Of a DNA stretch of 43,579 bases, positions 35,253-43,579 are shown one piece after another (positions within the stretch are counted from its first letter, which is position 1; every line of letters begins with the position of its first letter). The notes under the pieces were generated by a model, which saw nothing but the letters and a program-made list of their open reading frames with translations, was not told the origin of the DNA and did no database searches. The stretch spans positions 1 through 43,579 of the forward strand of contig NZWP01000012.1 of assembly GCA_002701645.1 (NCBI GenBank), in the 5' to 3' direction. A program made the position numbers and the translations under genes. The DNA is from Fidelibacterota bacterium (GTDB taxonomy: Bacteria > Fidelibacterota > Marinisomatia > Marinisomatales > Marinisomataceae).

Positions 35253-35747
35253 ATGGATACGATTAGTCATGCATTTTGGAGCAGAGGACTATTTGGATAC
35301 CGAGACCATAAATGGTTGGCAGTTTTTTTTGGAGTAATGCCAGATCTAGTTTCTCTTGGGCTTCTATTTATTATAAAGTTGTTTAGTGGGATACTTAATC
35401 ATGGTGTATTACCAACACTAGAAAACCTTTTTCAGTTAGCACCTTATCCTGACTATCCTGATTGGCTCTTTTTTATGGAGAATCTTTCGCATAGCTTTGT
35501 TGTAGCATTTACCTGTATTGCTATTATTTATTTTATAAAAAGAGATTTTGTTTTGCCAATGCTCGCTTGGCCATTTCATATAATGCTAGATTTTCCATTC
35601 CATACAAAAGAATTCTTTCCAACTAAGATATTTTGGCCAATTTCTGATTTTTCATTTGATGGTATTGCTTGGTCGAGTCCTGAAGTATGGTTTCCAAATT
35701 TAGCAGGGATTATTTTACTCTTTTGGTATAGGAAAAAAAATAGATAA
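35253..35747 (+). CDS. small polytopic membrane protein, possibly DUF457/YdjM-like metal-dependent hydrolase
   Basis: Begins MDTISHAFW (M-D-x-x-[ST]-H as in DUF457) and has 4-5 hydrophobic helices with several conserved-looking His residues. The assignment is weak. Confidence 0.35.
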   Translation: MDTISHAFWSRGLFGYRDHKWLAVFFGVMPDLVSLGLLFIIKLFSGILNHGVLPTLENLFQLAPYPDYPDWLFFMENLSHSFVVAFTCIAIIYFIKRDFVLPMLAWPFHIMLDFPFHTKEFFPTKIFWPISDFSFDGIAWSSPEVWFPNLAGIILLFWYRKKNR

Positions 35748-35751
35748 TTAT

Positions 35752-36663
35752 TTATCGATTAAAAATCCTACTAAAAATATTTTTAATAATATATCCTGCC
35801 ATTTTAGGATTCTCTTTTAATCGCCTAACAGAATAATCATACCAATTATCTCCATAGGGAACATATACACGTACTTTATTGCCTTCTTTGATTAATTGTT
35901 GGAGCTTTTTCTCCATTGGTACACCATGCAATACTTGAAATTCATATTGACTAGGAGAGATTTTATTGTCTTTAATCCATGCATATAGTGTATCAATTAA
36001 ATATTCGTCATGACTTGCAATTCCCACGTATGATCCTTTTGTAAGTGCACGCTGAACTAGTGCAATATAATTACTTCTTATTTTTTCATAACCTCTGTAA
36101 GCTATATCTTCATTTTCTATATAAATACCTTTACAAATTCGCACATTAAACATTTTGTTGGCTAACATATCTATATCATCTATTGATCGATGCATGTAAG
36201 CTTGTAGTACGATTCCAACATTAGGATAAATTTCAAATGCTTTCTTGTATAGATTAATTGTCTCTGATGTGTATGGCGAGTTTTCCATATCAAGACGTAA
36301 AAAATTATTATGTTTTTTAGCTGCATTTACAAGAATCATTAGATTTTTTCTAACTAGTTCGTAACCTAAGTCTTGACCGATATGACTTAACTTAATAGAT
36401 AAGTTTGCATCTAAACCTTGTGACGCAATTCTATCATATAGGTTTGCATAGCGCTCAGTAATTTGAGTTGCATCTCTATCTGTCGTTACATGTTCTCCCA
36501 AAATATCAATCGCAACGTTATACCCTTTATCATTTAACTTTTTGACGTTAACTAGCATTTGATCATCAGTAATACCTGCGATATAAGGAGATGCTACAAG
36601 ACGAATAAAAATCTTTGGCAAAAAAGGAATGATTTGAATTATAAAATAATTTATTAATTTCAT
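35752..36663 (-). CDS. monofunctional proline dehydrogenase
   Basis: PRODH TIM-barrel motifs: LSIKLSHIG, LRLDMENS, VLQAYMHRS, VRICKGIY and YVPYG..WYDYSVRRLKENP. At 303 aa it has no P5C dehydrogenase domain. Confidence 0.85.
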   Translation of the reverse strand: MKLINYFIIQIIPFLPKIFIRLVASPYIAGITDDQMLVNVKKLNDKGYNVAIDILGEHVTTDRDATQITERYANLYDRIASQGLDANLSIKLSHIGQDLGYELVRKNLMILVNAAKKHNNFLRLDMENSPYTSETINLYKKAFEIYPNVGIVLQAYMHRSIDDIDMLANKMFNVRICKGIYIENEDIAYRGYEKIRSNYIALVQRALTKGSYVGIASHDEYLIDTLYAWIKDNKISPSQYEFQVLHGVPMEKKLQQLIKEGNKVRVYVPYGDNWYDYSVRRLKENPKMAGYIIKNIFSRIFNR

Positions 36664-36693
36664 ACCAGATAAATTTAAGAAATAAACAAATTA

Positions 36694-36727
36694 ATGAAAG
36701 CAGTATTAAAATGAAGGCAGTATTAAT
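36694..36727 (+). repeat. 17-nt tandem duplication of a gene start (ATGAAAGCAGTATTAAA / ATGAAGGCAGTATTAAT)
   Basis: The two copies match at 15 of 17 positions. The first copy encodes MKAVLK*, and its TGA (36712-36714) overlaps the real ATG (36711). Confidence 0.85.
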
Positions 36728-37919
36728 TATAGGAGGAGCGGTATCAGGTTCAACCGCTGCACAAAAATTAACAGCAGAAGGAGTTCGTTGTGTTGTAATT
36801 GATCAAAACCATATGCCTTATGGAAAAATTGAAGATGGACTTCCAAGGTGGCATGAGAAGCAACGTACTAAAGAGTATTTTAAAATTGATGATATTATGT
36901 CTCATGAATTAGTGGATTTTGTTCCACTCACTAGATTGGGTGAAGATTTAAATTTTAAAGATATATATGATATAGATTGGAGCTGTATTTATTTTGCAAA
37001 TGGTGCTTGGAAAGATAGATCTTTTCCATTCAATGAAATTGAAAATTTTTCAAATTTTTACTATCAGAATCCATTTGTGTATTGGTTTAATCATTATCAT
37101 GAAGCTAGTTACAATGGACCTTCAGTCAATGTTAAAGATAATGCTTTGGTAGTAGGTGGAGGACTTGCATCTATTGATGTATGTAAGATTATACAATTAG
37201 AATTAGTAAGGCAAAAAGTTGAATCACAGATTGAAGGCTTTGATATTGTTGAAATGGAGCATAAAGGTATTTCAAAATATCTAGAAATGCATGATATGGA
37301 TTATAATACATTGAATATTCATGGAGCTACTCTCGTATACCGAAGAGATATAGAAAATATGCCTTTGACAACTATTCCTGACAATGTAGATGTTGAAATG
37401 GTTGCAAAACGCAAACTAGCTCGAAGAAAAATCCTTCAAAATATGCAAAATAAGTTTTTATTCAAGGTTGCAGAATGTACTCAACCAACTGGACTACATA
37501 TCGTAGATGATAAGTTGGAAGGCCTGACAATTATTAAGAACGAGATCGTAGATGGAAAACCAGTTGTTATTGAAGCATCAGATGATATCTTAAAAGGAGG
37601 TATTATAATTAGTTCAATCGGAAGTTTACCGGAACCGATTGACGGGGTACCTATGGATGGCTCAACATACAATATTGTTGATCAAGCATCTGGTAAATTT
37701 GATGAACTAGATAAAGTTCATGGAATGGGTAATGCAATAACAGGCAAGGGAAATATTAAAGCTTCTAGAGTCAGTGCAAAAACAGTGGGAGACCTAACAA
37801 TTGACTTGTTAGAAGATGTAAGTTCGGAGACAATGGATATGATTAATAGTAAGGTCAAAGAATGGCAAGACAAAGTATCATATGATGGAAATTATTTTGA
37901 ATGGAAAGCTAAAAAATGA
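36711..37919 (+). CDS. FprA/adrenodoxin-reductase-like FAD/NAD(P)-binding oxidoreductase
   Basis: N-terminal dinucleotide-binding motif VLIIGGAVSGSTAA, a second motif ALVVGGGLASIDV, PFVYWFNHYHE (compare FVGWYNAHPHF of FprA) and C-terminal HGMGNAITGKGNI. Confidence 0.6.
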   Translation: MKAVLIIGGAVSGSTAAQKLTAEGVRCVVIDQNHMPYGKIEDGLPRWHEKQRTKEYFKIDDIMSHELVDFVPLTRLGEDLNFKDIYDIDWSCIYFANGAWKDRSFPFNEIENFSNFYYQNPFVYWFNHYHEASYNGPSVNVKDNALVVGGGLASIDVCKIIQLELVRQKVESQIEGFDIVEMEHKGISKYLEMHDMDYNTLNIHGATLVYRRDIENMPLTTIPDNVDVEMVAKRKLARRKILQNMQNKFLFKVAECTQPTGLHIVDDKLEGLTIIKNEIVDGKPVVIEASDDILKGGIIISSIGSLPEPIDGVPMDGSTYNIVDQASGKFDELDKVHGMGNAITGKGNIKASRVSAKTVGDLTIDLLEDVSSETMDMINSKVKEWQDKVSYDGNYFEWKAKK

Positions 37920-38016
37920 TCTTTTTTCTATTTCCTGAAATATTATCTAGAACTCAACCAACTTTTTTATTACTTTCTCATGTCTGAAATAAGAGTGAAA
38001 CTAAGCGCCTAAATTT

Positions 38017-39354
38017 ATGTTGAAAATAAAAGTTAAAAAAGGTCACAACATTAACATTGCTGGAGTAGCCTCTAGAGAAATTTCAGCACCTCAAAAAAAT
38101 GATTCCGTTTCTTTGTCTCCTGAAAATTTTAGATACATCAAACCAAAGCTTTTGGTTAAAGAAAATGATGTTGTAAAGTTAGGAGATCCTATATTCTTTG
38201 ATAAGTTATGCCCTGAGGTAAAATGGCCAGCTATTGCATCTGGTAAGATTTCAAAAATTGTTTATGGCGAACGAAGATCAATAAAAGAAATTATTTTTAG
38301 TGTTGATACTAGCCTTGAAAGTGAACACTCTAGTAGCCAGCAAAAAAAAATATCTAATAGAGATGATGTAGTTAACTATTTATTAGAAAAAAATATGTGG
38401 CCTTTTATTACACAAAGACCATTTAATAAAGTTGCAAATCCTTCAGATAATCCAAAATCTATTATTGTCAGTTTAGCAAATACTGCCCCGTTGTCAGTTG
38501 ATTATAATTTTACATTGTTATCAAATAAAGATACAATTGTTAGTGCTTTAGCAAATTTAAAGAAATTGACAGAAGGAAAACTATTTGTAGCTGTGAATCC
38601 TGGTGAATTTGATTATTTATCTGATTTAGATTTTGTAGATGTTATCCAAGTAGAAGGGCCGCATCCTGCTGGAAATGTAGGAGTTGTACTTAATCACATT
38701 AGCCCTATTAATAGCAAAGATGTTGTGTGGACAGTACAAGGACATCACTTACCTATTCTTGGCAAATTATTTTCTGATGGCGTATTTGATCCATGTATTA
38801 CTATAAATTTGAGTGGACCTGCTGTGAATGATCCTTCTTATTTTAAATCAAGAATCGGTGCTTCATTAGAATCTTATTGTAAAGGGAATGTATCTAGTGA
38901 TCAAGTAAGAATTATTTCTGGAGATGTGTTGACAGGTAAGCAATCTTCTATAGATGGATATTTAGGATTTTATCATTCTTCTATATCTGTAATTGAAGAA
39001 TCTTTTGATAGATCATTTATAGGCTGGTTCCACCCTGGAGGTTCATCAAGGTATAGTGTTTTCAATGCATACTTAGGAAGCAATAAATCTCCTTATAAGT
39101 TTACTACTCTTCAAAATGGTAGTCATAGAGCTTTTGTGCCCATTGGAGCTTGGGAGAAAGTATTTCCGATGAATATTTATATTAATGCATTGCTTCGTAG
39201 TATTGAAGCAAACGACTTCGAAGAAATGGAACAATTAGGTATTTACGAATGCGATGAAGAAGATGTAGCATTATGTTCATTCGTATGTCCGAGTAAAACA
39301 GATGTAGGTGGAATAATTAGAAAGGGACTAGATACAATCTATTTTGATAAATAA
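38017..39354 (+). CDS. nqrA: Na+-translocating NADH:quinone oxidoreductase subunit A
   Basis: An I-K-x-K-K-G-x-x-I-x-I-A-G N-terminus, the C-terminal LGIYECDEEDVALCSFVCPSK motif, and its position at the head of nqrBCDEF. Confidence 0.95.
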   Translation: MLKIKVKKGHNINIAGVASREISAPQKNDSVSLSPENFRYIKPKLLVKENDVVKLGDPIFFDKLCPEVKWPAIASGKISKIVYGERRSIKEIIFSVDTSLESEHSSSQQKKISNRDDVVNYLLEKNMWPFITQRPFNKVANPSDNPKSIIVSLANTAPLSVDYNFTLLSNKDTIVSALANLKKLTEGKLFVAVNPGEFDYLSDLDFVDVIQVEGPHPAGNVGVVLNHISPINSKDVVWTVQGHHLPILGKLFSDGVFDPCITINLSGPAVNDPSYFKSRIGASLESYCKGNVSSDQVRIISGDVLTGKQSSIDGYLGFYHSSISVIEESFDRSFIGWFHPGGSSRYSVFNAYLGSNKSPYKFTTLQNGSHRAFVPIGAWEKVFPMNIYINALLRSIEANDFEEMEQLGIYECDEEDVALCSFVCPSKTDVGGIIRKGLDTIYFDK

Positions 39355-39355
39355 G

Positions 39356-40531
39356 ATGAATTTTTTAAAAAAAATATTAACAAAATCCGGTAAATTTTTT
39401 GAAGAAGGAAAACCTTTATCATGGGCATTTCCTATATGGGAAGCAACAGATACTATCTTTTTTTCAACAGAAAAACAAACCGACTCAGGTCCTCATATTA
39501 GAGATAATATGGATATTAAAAGAACAATGTTTTTTGTTGTTATTGCTCTAATACCATGTTATTTATTCGGGGCTTATAATATTGGATATTTGCATTCAGC
39601 AGCTACAGGCGTTTCTAGTTCCGTTGTAAGCGATTTTATTCTGGGAATGTCATACGTAACTCCAATTTTGATTACTACATTTGTAGCTGGAGCTATTTGT
39701 GAACTTTCATTTGCAGTAATTCGTAAGCATGAAGTAAATGAAGGTTTTCTTGTAACATGTGCATTGATTCCATTAACTATGCCACCAGATATTCCATTGT
39801 GGCAGTTATTTATAGGAACTTGTTTCGGAATTATTATTGGAAAAGAGATTTTTGGAGGTGTCGGTACTAATGTATTTAATCCTGCATTGACTGCACGTGC
39901 TTTTATGTACTTTGCTTTTCCAACAAAAATATCAGGTGACAAAGTTTGGGCTGTAGGACCTGATGGTTATAGTGGTGCGACTGCACTATCTATACCAGCT
40001 AATCCAGTAGAATATGATACAGCTACAAATTTATTTAGTCAGGCTACTCAATTTGATTTTTCAACATCTAATTTATTTTGGGGGTTGATTCCAGGATCTA
40101 TAGGAGAAACAAATAAATTATTAATTCTATTGGGTGCGATATTTTTGATTTATTGCGGTATTGCTTCATGGAGAATTATGGTTTCATCAGTTCTTGGGCT
40201 CGTAATGACTGCTGGATTATTTAATCTTTTGGCAGATCATTCCACTAATGCAATGTTAACTATTACACCATTACAGCATATTTTGATTGGTAGTTTTTTA
40301 TTTGGAACAGTGTTTATGGCAAGCGAACCAGTCACATCTACACATACTAATAAAGGAAGATGGATTTATGGATTTATGATTGGAGCTCTAACGGTAATTA
40401 TTCGATCTGTAAATCCTGCTTATCCTGAAGGCGTGATGTTAGCGATATTAATTATGAATATGTTTGCGCCATTGATAGATTATTATATAGTTAAATCAAA
40501 TATTAATATGAGACTTTCGAGAAATGCATAG
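39356..40531 (+). CDS. nqrB: Na+-NQR subunit B
   Basis: Polytopic membrane protein with the FMN-attachment motif GYSGATAL and FGGVGTNVFNPAL. I prefer the ATG at 39356 over the ORF-track TTG at 39344. Confidence 0.95.
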   Translation: MNFLKKILTKSGKFFEEGKPLSWAFPIWEATDTIFFSTEKQTDSGPHIRDNMDIKRTMFFVVIALIPCYLFGAYNIGYLHSAATGVSSSVVSDFILGMSYVTPILITTFVAGAICELSFAVIRKHEVNEGFLVTCALIPLTMPPDIPLWQLFIGTCFGIIIGKEIFGGVGTNVFNPALTARAFMYFAFPTKISGDKVWAVGPDGYSGATALSIPANPVEYDTATNLFSQATQFDFSTSNLFWGLIPGSIGETNKLLILLGAIFLIYCGIASWRIMVSSVLGLVMTAGLFNLLADHSTNAMLTITPLQHILIGSFLFGTVFMASEPVTSTHTNKGRWIYGFMIGALTVIIRSVNPAYPEGVMLAILIMNMFAPLIDYYIVKSNINMRLSRNA

Positions 40532-41237
40532 CAATAACTATACATTAGCTTTTGTTTTTATTATAACAGTTCTTCTTGGTACAATCTTATCATTTACTAA
40601 AGAAAATTTAAGAGAGTTGCAGGAGTATAATCTTAAAGCAGACATGAGAAAGAATATTTTGCGATCATTAGATTTTGAAGAGTCAGAAAATGAGCCATGG
40701 TCAAATGAAGTTGTAGAAAAAATATTTAATGAAAATATCCAAGCATTTTGCGTTGATACTAGCGGGAATGTAGTTGATTGTATAATTGAAGAAGTGGATA
40801 CTGAGAGGAATTTAGAAGTATTACCTGTTTATTTAAAAGTTGTAGATAATAAAACAGAGGGTATCGCAATTCCTGTTGCTGGAAAAGGATTGTGGTCTAC
40901 TGTATTTGGTTACATTGCATTAGAGTCTGATACAGATACAGTTTTAGGAATTCAGTTTTATAAACATGGTGAAACGCCAGGCTTGGGTGGTGAAGTAGAC
41001 AAAGCATGGTTTACTAATAATTTTATAGGTAAAAAAATTAGAGATAATAGCGGAGATGTTATTGGAGTAGAAGTTTTAAAAGGGAAAGTAGACAATAGTA
41101 AAGCATCTGCTATTCATCAAGTAGATGGTATTTCTGGTGCAACGGTAACTTCAAAAGGAGTTACAGTATTTCTTAAAGATGATTTAGGGCGTTATGAAAA
41201 TTATTTAAACAAAGTAAAAGCTGATGGAAATATTTAA
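40524..41237 (+). CDS. nqrC: Na+-NQR subunit C
   Basis: A single N-terminal TM, ETPGLGG, and the FMN-attachment motif [13 protein letters not shown]. Confidence 0.9.
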   Translation: MHSNNYTLAFVFIITVLLGTILSFTKENLRELQEYNLKADMRKNILRSLDFEESENEPWSNEVVEKIFNENIQAFCVDTSGNVVDCIIEEVDTERNLEVLPVYLKVVDNKTEGIAIPVAGKGLWSTVFGYIALESDTDTVLGIQFYKHGETPGLGGEVDKAWFTNNFIGKKIRDNSGDVIGVEVLKGKVDNSKASAIHQVDGISGATVTSKGVTVFLKDDLGRYENYLNKVKADGNI

Positions 41238-41877
41238 TTCAGAATCAAAGAAAATTATTAGCGATCCGCTAAGCATTAATAATCCAATATCTTTACAGGT
41301 ACTTGGAATATGTTCTGCTTTAGCAGTTACGATACGTCTAGATCAAGCTATAATTATGACTATTGCAGTTATTTTTGTGCTTTGTTCTTCGAATGTTATT
41401 CTTTCTGCATTAAGAAACTTTATTCCAAATCGTGTCAGAATTGTCGTCATGCTATCTATTATTGCCTCACTTGTTACTGTTGTAGATCAAGTACTACAGG
41501 CATATTTGTATGATATGAGCAAGCAATTATCAGTTTTTGTTGGCCTAATTATTACTAATTGTATTATCATGGGAAGAGCGGAGGCGTTTGCATTAAAGCA
41601 TGGCCCATCAAAAGCATTTTTAGATGGTCTTGGTAATGGTCTTGGATATGGAATGATTATCATTATTGTATCATTTTTTAGAGAATTATTTGGTGCAGGC
41701 ACTATTACTTTACCTAATGGGGGTGCAGGTTATGAATTATTTAGCATTCCTGAAGCCTGGTATGCAGCAGGGTATGAGAATATTGGTCTGTTAGTATTGT
41801 CGCCTGGTGCATTTTTTATATTAGGATTAGTTATTTGGACACAAAGAGAATTGTTTGGAATTGAGGAAGGTGAATAA
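41224..41877 (+). CDS. nqrD: Na+-NQR subunit D
   Basis: [18 protein letters not shown] and [20 protein letters not shown] motifs. Confidence 0.95.
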   Translation: MEIFNSESKKIISDPLSINNPISLQVLGICSALAVTIRLDQAIIMTIAVIFVLCSSNVILSALRNFIPNRVRIVVMLSIIASLVTVVDQVLQAYLYDMSKQLSVFVGLIITNCIIMGRAEAFALKHGPSKAFLDGLGNGLGYGMIIIIVSFFRELFGAGTITLPNGGAGYELFSIPEAWYAAGYENIGLLVLSPGAFFILGLVIWTQRELFGIEEGE

Positions 41878-42500
41878 TGGGTGGATTTGAACATTATTTA
41901 AGTATTTTTACCAAAGCAGTCTTTATTGAAAATATTGTTCTAGCATACTTTCTAGGATTATGTTCATTTTTAGCTATTTCAAAAAAAATAGATGCTTCTG
42001 TTGGTATTGGAATGGCCGTAGTTGTTGTATTAACTATTACTGCTCCAATTAATTGGTTTATTAACACCTATTTTCTAGATAAAGGTGCACTGGTATGGCT
42101 TAGTCCAGATTTTATTGATGTAAATTTAGACTTCTTAAGATTAATTGTTTTTATATCAGTAATTGCAGCAATGGTACAGCTGGTTGAGATGTTTATGGAG
42201 CGTTTTTCACAGGCTCTTTATAGCAGTTTAGGAATATTCTTACCTTTAATTGCTGTAAACTGTTCAATATTGGGTGGATCTTTATTTATGGTAGAAAGAG
42301 AATATAATCTTACCGAAACTATAGTATATGGATTTGGATCTGGATTTGGTTTTTTCCTCGCTATTCTAGCATTGGCATCAGTACGATATAGATTACGTTA
42401 TTCAAATATACCTCCAAGATTAAGAGGGGTAGGAATGGCAATGTTATTAACCGGATTGCTTTCTATGGCATTCATGGCATTTTCAGGGATAGATTTATAA
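41877..42500 (+). CDS. nqrE: Na+-NQR subunit E
   Basis: ENIVLAYFLGLCSFLA and IFLPLIAVNCSILGG motifs; TAATG overlaps on both sides. Confidence 0.95.
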   Translation: MGGFEHYLSIFTKAVFIENIVLAYFLGLCSFLAISKKIDASVGIGMAVVVVLTITAPINWFINTYFLDKGALVWLSPDFIDVNLDFLRLIVFISVIAAMVQLVEMFMERFSQALYSSLGIFLPLIAVNCSILGGSLFMVEREYNLTETIVYGFGSGFGFFLAILALASVRYRLRYSNIPPRLRGVGMAMLLTGLLSMAFMAFSGIDL

Positions 42501-43579
42501 TGAACGAAACCATATTTCTTGGCGTAGCAGTTTTTACATCTATAATACTTTTATTAATAATTGTGTTAAATGTTCTTGGAAGTATTTTATTACCTCAAGG
42601 AGAAGTCACGATAGTAATCAATGACGATCCAGACAAGTCTTTAACTGTTGATACTGGAGTTACAGTATTATCTGCTTTAGCAGCACAGAATGTTTATCTA
42701 CCTTCCGCATGTGGCGGTCAAGGTACTTGTTCTCAATGCAAATGCCAGGTTACTGAAGGCGGAGGAGATATTTTACCTATTGAAGCAGCATATATTAATA
42801 GAAAAGATCAAAAAGATAATTGGAGATTAGGTTGTCAGGTAAAAGTTAGAAATGACATGAAAATCCAAGTTCCAGATGAAATTTTTAGTATTAGAAAATG
42901 GGATGCAGTCGTTAAGTCTAATGACAATGTAGCAACTTTTATTAAAGAATTAATCCTTGAATTACCAGAAGATGATCCCATTGTTTTTGAATCAGGTGGG
43001 TATATTCAAATTGATGTTCCTCAGTATAAAGATTTAGATTATAAAAATTTCGAAATACAAGATATGTATACTAGCGATTGGGATAAATTTGATATTTGGC
43101 AGTATAAAGCTGAAAATAAGGAACCAGTTTTTAGAGCTTATTCTATGGCAAATCATCCAGCTGAAGGTAATATCATTATGTTAAATATCCGTATTGCTAG
43201 TCCTCCACCTAATAATCCTACTGTTCCTCCAGGTATTGCATCTTCTTATACTTTTAATTTGAAAAAGGGAGACAAGGTAACTGTATCAGGACCATACGGA
43301 GAATTCTATATCAAAGATACAGATCGTGAAATGGTATATATTGGAGGTGGAGCAGGAATGGCTCCATTAAGATCACATATTTTTCATTTATTAAAAACAG
43401 AAAAGACTACACGCAGAATTTCATTTTGGTATGGTGCTCGATCTGAAAAAGAAATGTTTTATGATGATGAATTTAAAGCTCTAGCTGAAGAGTTTGATAA
43501 TTTTACTTATCAAGTAGCTCTTTCAGATCCTCTTCCAGAAGATAGTTGGGATGGTCCTGAAGGATTTATCCATCAAGTT
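42500..43579 (+). CDS. nqrF: Na+-NQR subunit F, 3'-truncated by the window edge (first 360 codons)
   Basis: I translated this by hand, because it is absent from the ORF track with no stop in the window. It begins MNETIFLGVAVFTSIILLLIIV (TM), has the 2Fe-2S ferredoxin motif PSACGGQGTCSQCKC...LGCQV, the FAD motif RAYSMANHP and the NAD motif GGGAGMAPLRS. The frame stays open to base 43579. Confidence 0.95.
   Translation, partial: MNETIFLGVAVFTSIILLLIIVLNVLGSILLPQGEVTIVINDDPDKSLTVDTGVTVLSALAAQNVYLPSACGGQGTCSQCKCQVTEGGGDILPIEAAYINRKDQKDNWRLGCQVKVRNDMKIQVPDEIFSIRKWDAVVKSNDNVATFIKELILELPEDDPIVFESGGYIQIDVPQYKDLDYKNFEIQDMYTSDWDKFDIWQYKAENKEPVFRAYSMANHPAEGNIIMLNIRIASPPPNNPTVPPGIASSYTFNLKKGDKVTVSGPYGEFYIKDTDREMVYIGGGAGMAPLRSHIFHLLKTEKTTRRISFWYGARSEKEMFYDDEFKALAEEFDNFTYQVALSDPLPEDSWDGPEGFIHQV

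Noticed and set aside
38342-38350. Homopolymer runs inside coding sequence: A9 in nqrA at 38342-38350 and C7 in pepC at 34567-34573, considered as possible phase-variation or frameshift sites
   Set aside because: Both genes read through in frame with conserved sequence on either side. A-runs are common in this AT-rich genome, and nothing suggests programmed slippage.
41310-41513. Cys/Tyr-rich 67-aa alternative-frame ORF inside nqrD that superficially looks like a cysteine-rich peptide
   Set aside because: It is a frame-shifted reading of the highly conserved nqrD sequence. The Cys/Tyr richness follows from TGT/TAT-rich out-of-frame codons, and there is no independent start context.
1333-41702. 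Short ORF-track entries antisense to, or out of frame within, long well-supported genes: 1333..1521, 2305..2553, 2453..2773, 6222..6479, 6787..6978, 7051..7332, 9356..9544, 11468..11650, 12835..13119, 13974..14162, 14940..15167, 18745..18927, 19710..19994, 20126..20392, 22237..22545, 26793..27023, 31447..31641, 32079..32324, 32681..32959, 33125..33334, 34232..34441, 37481..37672, 39574..39942, 41310..41513 and 41487..41702
   Set aside because: Each lies wholly inside a gene with clear family motifs on the other strand or in another frame. Their translations are low-complexity with no motifs, and such ORFs are expected by chance within long coding regions.
1994-42502. Frequent stop/start overlaps: TAATG at 1994, 32440, 41875 and 42498; ATGA at 12494, 16040 and 19980; TTGA at 24692
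   Set aside because: They are real, but they are an ordinary signature of operonic translational coupling in streamlined genomes and are not a novel feature on their own.
1-43579. Window-wide search for CRISPR arrays, IS elements, integrases, prophage or toxin-antitoxin modules, and rRNA
   Set aside because: I saw no spaced identical repeats, transposase or integrase motifs, or rRNA-like sequence. Apart from 4109-9893, the gene content is housekeeping with conserved-looking synteny (scpA-scpB-rluB-cmk-rpsA, nqrA-F).

Overview
This is an AT-rich (about one-third GC by eye) and very tightly packed bacterial chromosome segment. It fits best with a streamlined marine member of the FCB superphylum, given a T9SS C-terminal sorting domain of the QNYPNPF type, a DUF3098-like gene and Na+-NQR. 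That taxonomy is inference only. I can support 43 coding regions: two are cut by the window edges and one 31-codon ORF is missing from the ORF track. I also support two tRNAs (Leu-TAG, Asp-GTC), one intrinsic-terminator-like hairpin and a few short direct repeats. I saw no rRNA, CRISPR array, transposase, integrase or prophage genes. Most genes are housekeeping: trpS, serS, tsaD, rpsA, cmk, scpAB, rluB, pcrA, mltG, plsC, nadK, kdsD and nqrABCDEF. They sit in a roughly 24 kb co-directional block with many ATGA/TAATG stop-start overlaps. The one clearly accessory island is 4109-9893 (minus strand). It holds a lipoprotein with two PKD domains and a cohesin-like module, followed 4 nt later by a 1583-aa T9SS cargo protein that carries a dockerin-like Ca-loop module. 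I flag this pair as a candidate cohesin-dockerin surface-tethering system coupled to type IX secretion. Other points worth a second look:
- A YhaM-like OB+HD protein in which every expected HD metal ligand is substituted. It lies in a Fur / YhaM-like / beta-barrel three-gene unit.
- A hidden bS22/AURKAIP1-like basic mini-protein between the HU/IHF-like gene and nadK.
- 17-nt direct repeats that exactly flank the DUF1295 gene.
- A 17-nt tandem duplication of a gene start that creates a mini-uORF.
- Two tRNAs that sit within 3-7 nt of coding sequences.
All functional calls come from motif recognition by eye. No database search was run.
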